A stretch of DNA of 64,000 nt from Nostoc sp. DedSLP01 (GTDB taxonomy: Bacteria; Cyanobacteriota; Cyanobacteriia; Cyanobacteriales; Nostocaceae). Below, piece by piece: positions 1 through 10,224 of this stretch. A model generated the notes under the pieces. It was given only the letters and a program-made list of their open reading frames with translations. It had not been told where the DNA came from and ran no database searches. The stretch lies in NCBI GenBank assembly GCA_034530875.2, contig JAVRCJ020000034.1:9625-73624 (forward strand), given 5' to 3'. Each line of letters opens with the position of its first letter. Positions within the stretch are counted from its first letter, which is position 1. The position numbers and the translations under genes were made by a program.

Positions 1-6
1 GAAAAA

Positions 7-23
7 TTTCATTTAGATTTCAT
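7..23 (+). promoter_or_regulatory. OmpR-family tandem direct-repeat box TTTCAT-N5-TTTCAT upstream of the ClC gene
   Basis: TTTCAT at 7-12 and 18-23 (11-bp period); the same spacing recurs at 8167-8183 and 9362-9378. Confidence 0.55.
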
Positions 24-113
24 TATTTTAGTAAAAGCTATGGATAGGGTGAACGGCAAAACATTTCAGACTATTGTATATACCTTCACCGATGACAAGC
101 GATCGCTAAAAAT

Positions 114-2705
114 ATGTTAGTCAGGAATAAAATTCTCTGGTTGAGGCTTTGGCGTCAGTTACTTCGACCTAAACGCTTGGCTTTTTTTGAAGCTTGCCTG
201 ATTGGTCTAGTTTCTGGACTAGCGGCAGTTCTTTTAGGACAGGCAGTCGACTGGGCAGGTGCATGGCGAGTACATGTTTCTTATCTTTGGCCTGCCTACT
301 TGGTGCTACCAGCTATAGGACTTGTAGGAGGAATCTTAGCTGGTTGGTTAGTAGAGCGCTTTGCACCTGAAGCATCAGGTAGTGGAATGTCTGAAGTCAA
401 AGCAGTATTGGCTCGCGTGCCGATGCCGTTAAATCTGCGGATTGCTTTGGTCAAGCTGGTGAGCGCTACATTAGTGCTGGGTTCTGGAATGCCTTTAGGA
501 CGGGAAGGACCGACCGTGCAAATTGGGGCAGCTTTGGCAAATGGGCTGAGTAATTGGGTGCCAACTTCCCCAGAACATCGTCGCCAACTCATCGCTGCCG
601 GCGCTGGGGCTGGGTTAGCTGCGGCTTTTAATGCACCGATCGCTGGCGTACTCTTTGTAGTAGAAGAACTATTGCAAGATGTCTCAGGCATCACGCTTGG
701 CACTGCGATTTTGGCTTCCTTCATCGCTTCAGTCATCTCCCGACTCTATGGCAGTCACAGTCTGGAACTGAATCATCTGAATTTAGCACTTCCAGATACC
801 ACCTTCTTCGCTCAGGAAATTCCTTTTTACTTGATTTTGGGAGTGCTGGCCGGGTTATTAGGCATTATGTTTAATAAAGGTGTTCTTGCGAGTCTAGCAA
901 TTAATCGCCGCGTCCTACACCTGAGTTTACCTTGGCGAATTGGCATTGTTGGGTTAGTCACTGGTGTTGCTATCGCTCTATTGCCGATAACCTTTCGTAA
1001 TAATGCCGGGCTAAGAGAGATTTTACTCATAGGTGACACTAACTGGCTATTTGCAGCGATCGCTCTTGTAGTCCAATTTACTTTAATCCTTTTAACTTAC
1101 GGCTCTGGAGCGCCGGGAGGTTTACTAGTTCCTACCTTAGCGTTGGGAGCTGCCCTTGGTTATTTAGTGGGTGGTGTCGAACACAGTTTGCTGGGAATGA
1201 GTGCTGCAACAACTTATGCTCGTGTGGGTATGGCTGCCTTTTTTAGCGCCGTCTGTAAAGTACCAATTACAGCAGTCATCATTGTGTTTGAGATGACTAC
1301 AGATTTCAATCTGGTGCTACCGTTAATGATTGTGTCTGTAGTTGCCTATTTAGTAGCAGAAAAAATCGACCCGCGATCGCTCTACGACCTGCTACTAGAG
1401 TGGAAAGGGATTCACATTACAAAAGAGCCAAATACAGAGGGATTTTTAGCACAATTAACTGCCGCAGATGTGATGCAGCGGCGTGTTGAAACTCTATCTA
1501 GCCAGATGAGCGTTGATGAAGCAGTACAAGCATTTTCCCAATCTCACCATCGCAACTTCCTAATTTTAGAAAATGGCAAACTTGTTGGCATTGTCACCCA
1601 AAAAGATTTAATTAATATTGCCTCGCAACAGTTTGGTGGAGATAGAACTGTTAGCGAAATTATGACACCAGAGCCAGTAACAGTCAGCCCCACAGCTACA
1701 CTCGCTCATGTCTTGCATATACTCAATCGCTATCACCTGAGTTGCTTGCCTGTTACGGAAGGTCGCAAGCTAGTAGGAATTATCACCCGTAGCGATATTA
1801 TCCGTGTAGAAGCAGAGCGACTCAGCGGCAACACCGAACAGATAGAACCGAAATCAGCACCATCTTATGTAGTTTCCCAAACCCGCGCCCCGGCTACAGG
1901 CAAAGGCAGGCTACTAGTACCACTTTCACATCCACAGACAGCCCAGACTTTACTGGAAATGGCAGCAGCGATCGCTAAAGATCGCAATTACGAAATAGAA
2001 TGCTTACAAATAATTATCGTTCCATCCAGCCGCATCCCATCAGAAACGCCAGTAGACACCACTAAAAGCGATCGTCTTTTGCAAGGGGCAATCCTGTTAG
2101 GAGAGAAGTGGCGAATTCCCATTCACACTCAGATTCGAGTTGCCCATAATGTTGCTGGGGCAATTTTGGAAACTGTCAAAGAACGACATATTGATTTAGT
2201 ATTGATGGGTTGGAAAGGTACTACATCAACTCCTGGTAGAGTTTTCAGCCGAGTGGTGGATACTGTAATTCGCCAAGCTCCTTGTGATGTTGTCTTGGCT
2301 AAATTGGATGGTAAAAAAGCCTTTGACCGTTGGTTGCTGCCAATGGCAGGCGGCCCTAACTCCAAGCAAGCAATTAAATTATTACCTGCCCTTGCTTCTC
2401 TAAGCACATCACCCTCCATTAATCTATGTCAAGTATTCCAATCTAGTGAATCTCTACCGGATACAACATTACTAGATAAATCTGTTCGCTTTCTCCAACG
2501 CCGAGTTAAAGGTAAGGTAACGGCTACTCCAGTCCGGGCTAATTCTGTTCCTGAGGCTGTACTTGAGTGTGCCGAACAAGAGAATAGTGATGTGATTGTT
2601 TTAGGAGCTAGTCGTGAGAGTTTACTGCAACAGGTGATGCAAGGCAATATTCCAGAAAATATTTCTCGCAAGAGTAATTGCACAGTGATTATGGTGAAAA
2701 CCTAG
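114..2705 (+). CDS. ClC-family chloride channel / Cl-/H+ antiporter with a CBS pair and C-terminal USP domains
   Basis: ClC motifs GSGMS, GREGP, FVVEE, GLLVP; many TM segments; CBS motifs (LVGIVT, LVGIITRSD); USP-like tail (DLVLMG, DVIVLGAS). Confidence 0.95.
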   Translation: MLVRNKILWLRLWRQLLRPKRLAFFEACLIGLVSGLAAVLLGQAVDWAGAWRVHVSYLWPAYLVLPAIGLVGGILAGWLVERFAPEASGSGMSEVKAVLARVPMPLNLRIALVKLVSATLVLGSGMPLGREGPTVQIGAALANGLSNWVPTSPEHRRQLIAAGAGAGLAAAFNAPIAGVLFVVEELLQDVSGITLGTAILASFIASVISRLYGSHSLELNHLNLALPDTTFFAQEIPFYLILGVLAGLLGIMFNKGVLASLAINRRVLHLSLPWRIGIVGLVTGVAIALLPITFRNNAGLREILLIGDTNWLFAAIALVVQFTLILLTYGSGAPGGLLVPTLALGAALGYLVGGVEHSLLGMSAATTYARVGMAAFFSAVCKVPITAVIIVFEMTTDFNLVLPLMIVSVVAYLVAEKIDPRSLYDLLLEWKGIHITKEPNTEGFLAQLTAADVMQRRVETLSSQMSVDEAVQAFSQSHHRNFLILENGKLVGIVTQKDLINIASQQFGGDRTVSEIMTPEPVTVSPTATLAHVLHILNRYHLSCLPVTEGRKLVGIITRSDIIRVEAERLSGNTEQIEPKSAPSYVVSQTRAPATGKGRLLVPLSHPQTAQTLLEMAAAIAKDRNYEIECLQIIIVPSSRIPSETPVDTTKSDRLLQGAILLGEKWRIPIHTQIRVAHNVAGAILETVKERHIDLVLMGWKGTTSTPGRVFSRVVDTVIRQAPCDVVLAKLDGKKAFDRWLLPMAGGPNSKQAIKLLPALASLSTSPSINLCQVFQSSESLPDTTLLDKSVRFLQRRVKGKVTATPVRANSVPEAVLECAEQENSDVIVLGASRESLLQQVMQGNIPENISRKSNCTVIMVKT

Positions 2706-2708
2706 TTA

Positions 2709-2742
2709 TGGCAGGAGGCAGGAGGCAGGAGGCAGAAGGCAG
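2709..2742 (+). repeat. STRR-type heptamer tandem repeat (GGCAGGA)n
   Basis: ggcaggaggcaggaggcaggaggcagaaggcag just after the ClC stop; reverse-orientation copy near 9275-9300. Confidence 0.85.
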
Positions 2743-2886
2743 TCACAACGTCACAACGAAACAAGTTTCACAAGCCTTGAATGAAAGTGTCTTTCTCCCC
2801 TTGTCTCCCCTGCTCCCCCTGCTCTTTCAAGTCAAAAGGTAAAAGTATTACTATTCCTAGCATTTAAAGGCGAGTATACAGTAAGG

Positions 2887-3372
2887 CTACTCCATGCTTG
2901 GGGTTTTTTCAAATTGCACCATCATCAAAACAGCTGGCGCATCGCCTACTGTTCCAGATAGATGACCCTTACGGCCTTGTGCGTCCTCTTTTGTGCCTTG
3001 GTCTCCTCCAAATGAAATTTCGCCAGGGCCCATTTCTACTCGCTGACCATCCATAGTCTCTACAAACCAACGTCCCGACAGGGGAACAACCCACTGAGGC
3101 TTCGGATTCTCATGCCATTCTCCAACCCATGCAACTGGTAGGACAGTAAACGTAACTGTAGCACCAGACTGTTTCAATTGAGCTAGCCATTGAGGAGAGG
3201 TATTCGGTGCTATGCCTTTGTCAAAGAAGTCCTGAATTTGACGACGCGATTGGTGGCTTACACCGTTTTCGTCAGTCCAGACATGCCAATAGTCGATTGT
3301 TGGTGGTGTTTTCTTTTCATGAGAATCAGATGATTGAGAAGTTGTAGTTTTGTGTGATGAGTTAGTTTGCAT
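2887..3372 (-). CDS. Cupin-domain protein
   Basis: YWHVWTDENGVSH N-terminus; WHENPKPQW...LSGRW, GPGEISFGGD and GHLSG cupin-like motifs. Confidence 0.8.
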   Translation of the reverse strand: MQTNSSHKTTTSQSSDSHEKKTPPTIDYWHVWTDENGVSHQSRRQIQDFFDKGIAPNTSPQWLAQLKQSGATVTFTVLPVAWVGEWHENPKPQWVVPLSGRWFVETMDGQRVEMGPGEISFGGDQGTKEDAQGRKGHLSGTVGDAPAVLMMVQFEKTPSME

Positions 3373-3433
3373 AAATATAGTCCGATTGAAAATGAACTGT
3401 TGACTGTTCCTTTATTTGATGAGAATCTGACAG

Positions 3434-5827
3434 CTAATAAACTGTAACTATATAATTACGTTCCTCCCATTTATTGCTTTTAATCCAGAAAAAGCTAAAA
3501 ATGATTGGGTGTTGTTGTCGTTCAAAAATAGAAATATCTACATAATTCACTCCTAATTTGGTAGAGGTAGAAGGCGTATCTTTTACGGTTTGCCAATTAT
3601 CATCTGACCAATGCAACTGAAAAGATACTAAAGCTTGAATTCGCAATGTATAGCCTTTTTTAACTCTGTTTATTTGACGATTAAATTTCCAAATTTCTAA
3701 CGATTTACATTGATTTCTTTCACCTAAATATCTATTCGCTACTTCTGGAATAAAATCAAATACCTGACCTTCTTTAGTTGACCGCAGCAGCTTGATATAC
3801 TCGGCGTGCGCCCACATCAAGGGCATGGCTGAACCTGTTGGTTTTCCTAAATACATATACTCATCAGGTTTATCTGCTTCATCCCAAATTTGTTCCGGTA
3901 ACAAACAAGTGTCTGAAGCAAATCCTTCCATTGCCTTGATATATGTTTTGACGTCGCCGCCAATAGCTAATTCATAATGTCCGCGTTCTCCTGTCAAGAG
4001 AGGCCAAGCACGTCCTTTACCCCAACTTATATAAGGACTACCGTCTTCTTGCTGTCCATAGCCGTCGTGATTGTAACGATGCCAACAAGGCCCGACAGGT
4101 GTATCGACTTTCAAGACTGCATCAATTACTTTGACAGAATCAACAATAATGGGGTCATCTGGTTTACGAATTCCATAACGTACCAGTTGTAAAAACCCGC
4201 CATCGACAATTTCTTTTGCTGGAAATTCTGCTGGTTCGCCAGGTGGCTGGCTGGCGATGAAAATAGTTCCTTGGTTGGGATTTTCGTTTGGTTGAGGATT
4301 ATTAATATCTGATGGAGTAATCCGAATATAATGCCGTTTGATACCAGGAACTAAGGTTCCTTCGGTAGTAACTGTCCAGTCTTCAATGTGACATTCCAAA
4401 AAATCGGCGTATTCTTCGATGAATTTTGCTGTTGCTTCATCACCACGTTCGCGGGCAAATTGGGCAGCACAAATTAAGCCAGCAATGTTAGAAGCGAGGG
4501 TAGAAGGTGAATAACCGCTGTTTTCTTCCCAGCGTTCTTGTTGGGTAACAGGGCTATGACGAATTAAATAACCTGCTGCCCGCAAAATCATGGGATAAAT
4601 ATCAAAGTTTAGCGGTACATTTTCTTGGTGTAAAAGCCACGCTAAAAGAATGGGAAATGCGACTTCATCGAGTTGGATACCTGTCCAGTAAGGTTCGCCA
4701 TCAACCCAGAAGTTTTGAGCAAAACCTCCATCTTCCTGTTGGCTGGTGGCGAGATAAATCAGCGATCGCACTGCTGTATCTGTTTCTCCAGCTGCCACTA
4801 AACCTGCTACACTGCTCACCATGTCCCGCGTCCAAACAAGGTGATATCCTCCTTGGTCTTGGTCGTCTTTGGCTTCACCCCAAGGGATAGCTAGGGAAGC
4901 AATTAAAGCACCGGGATAAGTTTTGTCTTCATGTGCCAACAACAAACTAACGCTGTTGTGATACAACTTCCCATCATCAAAGGAAACATTTTCTAATGGT
5001 TTGATGTCGCTGCGCGATCGCTTCCATTGTTCGTTATATTGCTGCTTCTGCCGTTCAAAAGGAATATTGAGCGACTGAAACAATGTGGAAATTGCATTGT
5101 GCAGGGTTGTACCAAATGCCAGCCCTAAGGTAAATTCGTTACTCTGCTCTAGATTTAATTTTCCTGTCAGAGCTAAGTTACCATCCACAGCACTATCGAA
5201 GTGCCAGTCCATCTGGAAATCATCAGCTAAATCTGTCCAGCCATCACTCTGACCGACATAGCCACAGGAAAGATGAGTAAACGGGACTGTTGCGCCTAGT
5301 GCTAGCCAAGTTCCTCCTTTTTCTGCTACGAGAACATTTCGTCCAGCTACTTCTACTATGTAGCCGTTATTATCTCTACCGCCAACTTCCAAGTGTGGCG
5401 CACACAAAGCGTATAACTGAAGTTGGTCAATAAACTCGCGCTTTCCTGTGATTTTTGTGTACTGTAAAATACAGGATAAATGCGGGTCGGCGATCGCTTC
5501 TTTGATAATGGTATAACGCCGTTGTGGATCGGAATTAGTGATGCGGTAGCCTAAACCATAAGTCCACAGATGTTCTAGTTTTGATTGCAGATGGCGTTTT
5601 TCTTCGTGAAAAAAGCTCTTACCATCAGAAATTAGATATTGCAAATCCCGAATTTGGGGTCGGTCTACTGTAGGATGATAGACTTCAGTCACAATACCAT
5701 TCCAAACGGTAAACCAAACATGACTAGAGGTAGAGTAAGCTGTTCCGACTGCATCCTTATTAGCATGAGTCCAGCGCGGCTCAATACCTGGTGAGCCAAA
5801 AGCCTGTGTTTGACTAAGAATTTTCAT
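3434..5827 (-). CDS. Glycoside hydrolase family 15 (glucoamylase / glucodextranase type)
   Basis: GALIASLAIPWG, GGYHLVWTRD, QERWEE, LLPEQIWD, PLMWAHAEY motifs. Confidence 0.93.
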   Translation of the reverse strand: MKILSQTQAFGSPGIEPRWTHANKDAVGTAYSTSSHVWFTVWNGIVTEVYHPTVDRPQIRDLQYLISDGKSFFHEEKRHLQSKLEHLWTYGLGYRITNSDPQRRYTIIKEAIADPHLSCILQYTKITGKREFIDQLQLYALCAPHLEVGGRDNNGYIVEVAGRNVLVAEKGGTWLALGATVPFTHLSCGYVGQSDGWTDLADDFQMDWHFDSAVDGNLALTGKLNLEQSNEFTLGLAFGTTLHNAISTLFQSLNIPFERQKQQYNEQWKRSRSDIKPLENVSFDDGKLYHNSVSLLLAHEDKTYPGALIASLAIPWGEAKDDQDQGGYHLVWTRDMVSSVAGLVAAGETDTAVRSLIYLATSQQEDGGFAQNFWVDGEPYWTGIQLDEVAFPILLAWLLHQENVPLNFDIYPMILRAAGYLIRHSPVTQQERWEENSGYSPSTLASNIAGLICAAQFARERGDEATAKFIEEYADFLECHIEDWTVTTEGTLVPGIKRHYIRITPSDINNPQPNENPNQGTIFIASQPPGEPAEFPAKEIVDGGFLQLVRYGIRKPDDPIIVDSVKVIDAVLKVDTPVGPCWHRYNHDGYGQQEDGSPYISWGKGRAWPLLTGERGHYELAIGGDVKTYIKAMEGFASDTCLLPEQIWDEADKPDEYMYLGKPTGSAMPLMWAHAEYIKLLRSTKEGQVFDFIPEVANRYLGERNQCKSLEIWKFNRQINRVKKGYTLRIQALVSFQLHWSDDNWQTVKDTPSTSTKLGVNYVDISIFERQQHPIIFSFFWIKSNKWEERNYIVTVY

Positions 5828-5891
5828 AATCTAGCTTTGCTTTATACCAATTCACGAAATTACTGATACAAATCACTTCCTTTGCTCCACA

Positions 5892-6003
5892 GCAGTTGCT
5901 ACAACGGGGAGCCATTGCGTTGGACGGGTTTCCCGGCTTGTACCGCTAACGCGGAACCCGCAGGGTAGCAAGTGGCGTGGGAACCACCAAGGGCGCACTG
6001 CCT
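5892..6003. repeat. Nested small dispersed repeats (three layers)
   Basis: A 44-nt unit (5910-5940 plus 5966-5978) is interrupted by 25 nt (5941-5965) and sits inside a related outer unit; related copy in reverse orientation at 59205-59249. Confidence 0.65.
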
Positions 6004-6046
6004 CCTCTGCTTGCACGCAGACGCAGAGAGTAATATGATAGTTTTT

Positions 6047-6982
6047 TTAGGCAGTTTGAGAAGATTTACGAGTAGCTGCTAAGGATTTAGCTTCGATAAA
6101 TATTTGCTTAATTTCGGGATGTTTTTGGCGGATTTTAGCTTCTAAATTCTCGACTGTTGATGCTATTTCTTCACCTGTAAGTTTTTTGGAAAATTGAATT
6201 TCTAAGTTAAGTAATACTTCCTGTGGAGCAAGTTGCATTGTGAGTATACGTATGACTTCTTGAACTCCTGGTTCTGTTTTAGATAAAGAACGAATATTGG
6301 CTATGGTTTGAGGATTAGCACTTTCACCAACTAATAATCCTTTACTTTCTGTTGCTAATAATACTGCTACTATAGCTAAGATAACACCAATAATAATTGA
6401 GGCTACACCATCAAAATAAACATTATTAAATGTATGTCCTAAAAAAACTCCTAATAAAGCTACAATTAAACCTAAAATTGCCGCAGAATCTTCAAATAAT
6501 ACTGTGAATACTGTCGGGTCTTTACTGCTTTTAATTGCTTGCCAAAAAGTTTGATTGCCTTTAGTTGGCAGAAACTCTCTTAAAGCTACAGTCCAAGAAA
6601 AACCCTCAAATACTATGGCTACACATAGCACAATATAATTCCACATTGGGTTTTCTAATCGGCTAGGGTTAATTAAATGAGTGATTCCTTCATAAATAGA
6701 CATTCCTCCACCAATGGCAAAGATGAAGATAGCGACAATTAAAGTCCAAAAGTAAAGTTCTTGTCCGTAGCCGAAGGGATGGCTATCATCCGCTGGCTTT
6801 TGACTCATCCGGATTCCCAGCAGCAGTAATAATTGATCGGCGGTATCTACCAGTGAATGAATACCCTCAGATAGCATTGCTGAACTATTGGTAATAAAAG
6901 CAGCGATAAATTTAGTAATAGCGATCGCCAAGTTAGCACCCATCGCCGCAAAAATTGTTTTTTTAGATGAATCTGAAGCCAT
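6047..6982 (-). CDS. Cation diffusion facilitator (CDF) transporter
   Basis: SEGIHSLVD, HPFGYG and EDSAA motifs; six TM segments plus cytoplasmic C-domain. Confidence 0.93.
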   Translation of the reverse strand: MASDSSKKTIFAAMGANLAIAITKFIAAFITNSSAMLSEGIHSLVDTADQLLLLLGIRMSQKPADDSHPFGYGQELYFWTLIVAIFIFAIGGGMSIYEGITHLINPSRLENPMWNYIVLCVAIVFEGFSWTVALREFLPTKGNQTFWQAIKSSKDPTVFTVLFEDSAAILGLIVALLGVFLGHTFNNVYFDGVASIIIGVILAIVAVLLATESKGLLVGESANPQTIANIRSLSKTEPGVQEVIRILTMQLAPQEVLLNLEIQFSKKLTGEEIASTVENLEAKIRQKHPEIKQIFIEAKSLAATRKSSQTA

Positions 6983-7074
6983 GAGGGTAAATAAATAATT
7001 TTATTCTGCTTTTTGACGTAGCTTTTTGCCTTGTGCTTGTTCTCTCCACACGTCATAAATTAAAGGGCATAACT

Positions 7075-7887
7075 TCAACCGTTCCCCGTAAAACCTGGAT
7101 ACAAAGTCATACCACCGTCTACAAACAGAGTTGTACCGTTAACATAATCAGAATCATCAGAAGCTAACCAAACTGCTGCTTTGGCTATGTCTTCTACATC
7201 ACCGACTCGTTTTGCCGGAATCAATTGCAGTAACTTTGCTTCGGCTTGTGGGGTATCCCAAGCTGATTTGTTAATGGGGGTTTTGATTGCACCAGGGGCG
7301 ATGCTATTAACACGGATTTTATGGGGAGCTAGTTCTTGGGCAATACTTTGCATCATTATATGAATACCGCCTTTACTAGCAGCATAATTAACGTGACCTG
7401 CCCAAGGAATCACCTCATGGACTGAACTAATGCAGATAATCTTACCTGCGGCAGATGAAATCTGCGGTTGCACTCCTCGACGTAAGAATTCTTTGGCGGC
7501 TTCTCTAGCACATAAAAATTGTCCTGTTAAGTTTACCCCAATTACTGTATTCCATTGGTCAAGGGTCATATCTACAAAAGGTGAATCTTTTTGCAAACCT
7601 GCATTATTTACTAAGATGTCAATAGTTCCAAAGTTCTCGAGTGTTTGTTTAAACATCGCCTTTACTTGGTCTTCCTGGCTGACATCAGCTTGAATGGCAA
7701 AAGCTTCACCATTATTTGCTCTAATATCATCGACTATTTTTTGCGCTTCTTGGGCTTGCGAATGATAGTTAATAGCAACAGCTGCACCCGAGGAAGCTAA
7801 ATAACGAGCTATAGCTTCACCAATGCCAGAACTAGCACCAGTTACAAGCGCTTTTTGACCTTTGAGCAGGTAAGGGGAATAGCTCAT
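7075..7887 (-). CDS. gdh: Glucose 1-dehydrogenase (SDR family)
   Basis: TGASSGIG, NNAG, SSVHEVIPW, YAASK, DGGMTLYP. Confidence 0.88.
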   Translation of the reverse strand: MSYSPYLLKGQKALVTGASSGIGEAIARYLASSGAAVAINYHSQAQEAQKIVDDIRANNGEAFAIQADVSQEDQVKAMFKQTLENFGTIDILVNNAGLQKDSPFVDMTLDQWNTVIGVNLTGQFLCAREAAKEFLRRGVQPQISSAAGKIICISSVHEVIPWAGHVNYAASKGGIHIMMQSIAQELAPHKIRVNSIAPGAIKTPINKSAWDTPQAEAKLLQLIPAKRVGDVEDIAKAAVWLASDDSDYVNGTTLFVDGGMTLYPGFTGNG

Positions 7888-8166
7888 AATGTTTCCTTAA
7901 ATTCTTAAAATCTAGGGTTTGTTGTCAATGGTGAAACAATACGCTTTCTATTAATTTTGGGATAATTATTTATGCAATTCAACATTAATAACTGAGTCGC
8001 AAAGATGGATTTAACTTAATTGTTCAATCGGCAATCGAAATCATCAAGTATGTATTAAAGTTTCAATAGTTATTACTTCGATCCTGGGATTAGTTTAAAA
8101 CTTGGCTGTGGCGATCGCCTCCAGCTATTGGAATAATCAAGAATTATTTCAAAAGGATTAGATAAA

Positions 8167-8183
8167 TTTCATTTAATTTTCAC
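8167..8183 (+). promoter_or_regulatory. TTTCAT-N5-TTTCAC box in the divergent gdh/VOC intergenic region
   Basis: tttcatttaattttcac, 11-bp period. Confidence 0.5.
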
Positions 8184-8575
8184 AATTGTCTGAAATTATT
8201 AATTTATATAAGGTAGTAGCACTAAGTTTTTAAGTAAAAACATACATACTATTTATCTTAAAATTTTAAGAGCCTTAACAAGGTTAACTTGTTGGTTTTT
8301 ATTTTAAATCACCCTTGAGATAGTATTGTTTATTCGAGTTATTAGATATGAGTTACTAAGAATTACTTTAATGAAATAAATTTATATATGAAAACTCAAG
8401 GTAATTTTTATTCTCAGAGGTTGTTTTAAAAGTGGTTTGCTGTGACTTTAGGCACTTCTCTACTTTGGCGAGTATAAAAAATGAGTTAAGGCGATATGAT
8501 TTATGAATACTTTTAGTTGTACCAATGCAGTACAGGTACAAAAAGTTAGAGCTATTGGCTTAACGGTAACAAATT

Positions 8576-8610
8576 GCGTAGACGCGAAGCGGCTTGTCGA
8601 TAGACATCGC
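8576..8610 (-). mobile_element. 27-nt small dispersed repeat inserted in a HIP1 site
   Basis: GCG[TAGACGCGAAGCGGCTTGTCGATAGAC]ATCGC; removing the bracket restores GCGATCGC and the peptide NCDRSL. Confidence 0.8.
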
Positions 8611-9072
8611 TCTTTGAGTTTCTACACCCAAGCACTTCATTTTGAATTTGTTTCTGATATCACAGTTGCAGGAGAAGAATACAGCAATCTAGAAGATGTA
8701 CCTGGGGCAAAAATTCGCGTTATTACTTTACGGCTAGGTGATGAACTCATCGAATTAATAGAGTATCTCAATGTAGAAGGAAAACCCATTCCCAGCGATT
8801 CTCAAAGTAATGACATCTGGTTTCAACATTTGGCAATTGTAGTCAGTGATATGGATCGCGCTTATGCTCATTTAGGTTCATTTCCCATTCAATCTATATC
8901 TCCTGCACCACAAACAATACCATCCGATAATGAAACATCTGGTGGTGTCCGTGCTTTCAAATTTAAAGACCCTGATGGACACGATTTAGAGTTAATTTGG
9001 TTTCCGCCTGATAAGGGACAAGATAAATGGCATCAGAACACGAATCGCTTATTTTTGGGAATCGATCGTAGT

Positions 9073-9101
9073 GCGATGTCTACGACGGGCTACGCCTACG
9101 C
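9073..9101 (+). mobile_element. 21-nt SDR5-like repeat inserted in a HIP1 site
   Basis: GCGAT[GTCTACGACGGGCTACGCCTA]CGC; removal restores SAIAIS; near-identical unit at 59285-59334. Confidence 0.85.
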
Positions 9102-9361
9102 AATTTCCAACACCGAACAAAGTCTACACTTTTATCGCAACCTCTTGGGAATGCAAGTTGATAGTCGCAGTCTCAACTGGCGTGCTACTCAAGCTCGTAT
9201 GGATAATTTATAGCTGTAGCCACATAGGTTAGGACATTTTCAAAGCTTGAATGCTGGGAATAGTAAGACTTTCCCTCCTGCCTCCTGCCTCCTGCCTCCT
9301 TCGTTAACTGAACCAAAAAATTATGCAGATATCAGCATTTCTCTCTTAAGTAGAATTAGAA

Positions 9362-9390
9362 TTTCATAGTTGTTTCACTTTTTTGTGAAA
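9362..9390 (+). promoter_or_regulatory. TTTCAT-N5-TTTCAC box overlapping a TTTCAC-N6-GTGAAA palindrome, upstream of the response regulator
   Basis: tttcatagttgtttcacttttttgtgaaa. Confidence 0.55.
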
Positions 9391-9426
9391 GCGTATTTAA
9401 AGAAGGCTTTTAGTAGTGGGTTGATT

Positions 9427-10182
9427 ATGCGGCTGATATTAGTTGAGGATGAAGCAGATTTAGGTGCAGCAATCAAACAAGTCCTGAATCATGAGGCGTA
9501 TATAGTTGATTGGTTTCTTGATGGGACTCAGGCATGGCAATATTTAGAAATCGGCTGGACTGAGTACACGCTGGGAATTTTTGATTGGATGCTACCAGGA
9601 GTTTCGGGTGTAGAGTTGTGTAAACGGTTGCGAGCCTCCAAAGGAGGAGCTTCGCTAACGCGCTACTTTACTTTACCTGTGTTAATGCTAACTGCTAAAG
9701 ACCGAATGGAGGAAAAGATTATTGGTCTAGATAGCGGTGCAGATGATTATTTAGTTAAACCTTTTGATATGGCAGAACTGCTGGCAAGATTGCGGGCATT
9801 ACAACGCCGATCCTCCTACACAGGAACGACTGCATCCCAAGTCCAACCCCGACGCTTGCAATTAGGTTGCCTAACGCTCAATTACAGCACTCACGAACTT
9901 ACTCGCCAGGATAGCCACGGACACAAACAAGTATTCTCATTAACCGTCAAAGAATTCCAATTGTTAGAATATTTCATGCGGCATCCTAACCAAATTCTCA
10001 GCCGCGACCAGATTATTAATCAACTTTGGGAAATTGGTGCAGAACCAGTTAGCAATGTGGTAGCCGCACAAATTCGCTTATTGAGACGTAAATTAGGAGA
10101 AGAAGATAGCGAATCTTTAATTGAAACTATCTATGGTGTGGGTTATCGTCTTAATACTCAAGCTGCAAAAGTAAACTGTTAG
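9427..10182 (+). CDS. rppA: OmpR-family response regulator, RppA/NrsR-like
   Basis: MRLILVEDE, DWMLP, GADDYLVKPF; wHTH with SNVVAAQIRLLRRKL; ATG at 9427 preferred over the upstream TTG. Confidence 0.85.
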   Translation: MRLILVEDEADLGAAIKQVLNHEAYIVDWFLDGTQAWQYLEIGWTEYTLGIFDWMLPGVSGVELCKRLRASKGGASLTRYFTLPVLMLTAKDRMEEKIIGLDSGADDYLVKPFDMAELLARLRALQRRSSYTGTTASQVQPRRLQLGCLTLNYSTHELTRQDSHGHKQVFSLTVKEFQLLEYFMRHPNQILSRDQIINQLWEIGAEPVSNVVAAQIRLLRRKLGEEDSESLIETIYGVGYRLNTQAAKVNC

Positions 10183-10224
10183 TTTCTGTTAGCTGGACGA
10201 TACTTTAAGCAAGGTTCTCTAAAT

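Larger units (their letters stand above)
8503..9213 (+). pseudogene. VOC/glyoxalase-family gene, 3'-truncated, with two in-frame small-repeat insertions
   Basis: IELIEY, FQHLAIVVSD, FKDPDGHDLEL; the second VOC domain starts (FLGID...SLHFYRNLLGM) but stops at TATAGCTGTAGCCA, a putative mobile-element end. Confidence 0.75.

Noticed and set aside
296..2683. Antisense ORFs inside ClC, and similar ones inside GH15, pyk, gap1, the CHAT genes and trmJ
   Set aside because: Shadow frames of well-supported genes with no motifs of their own
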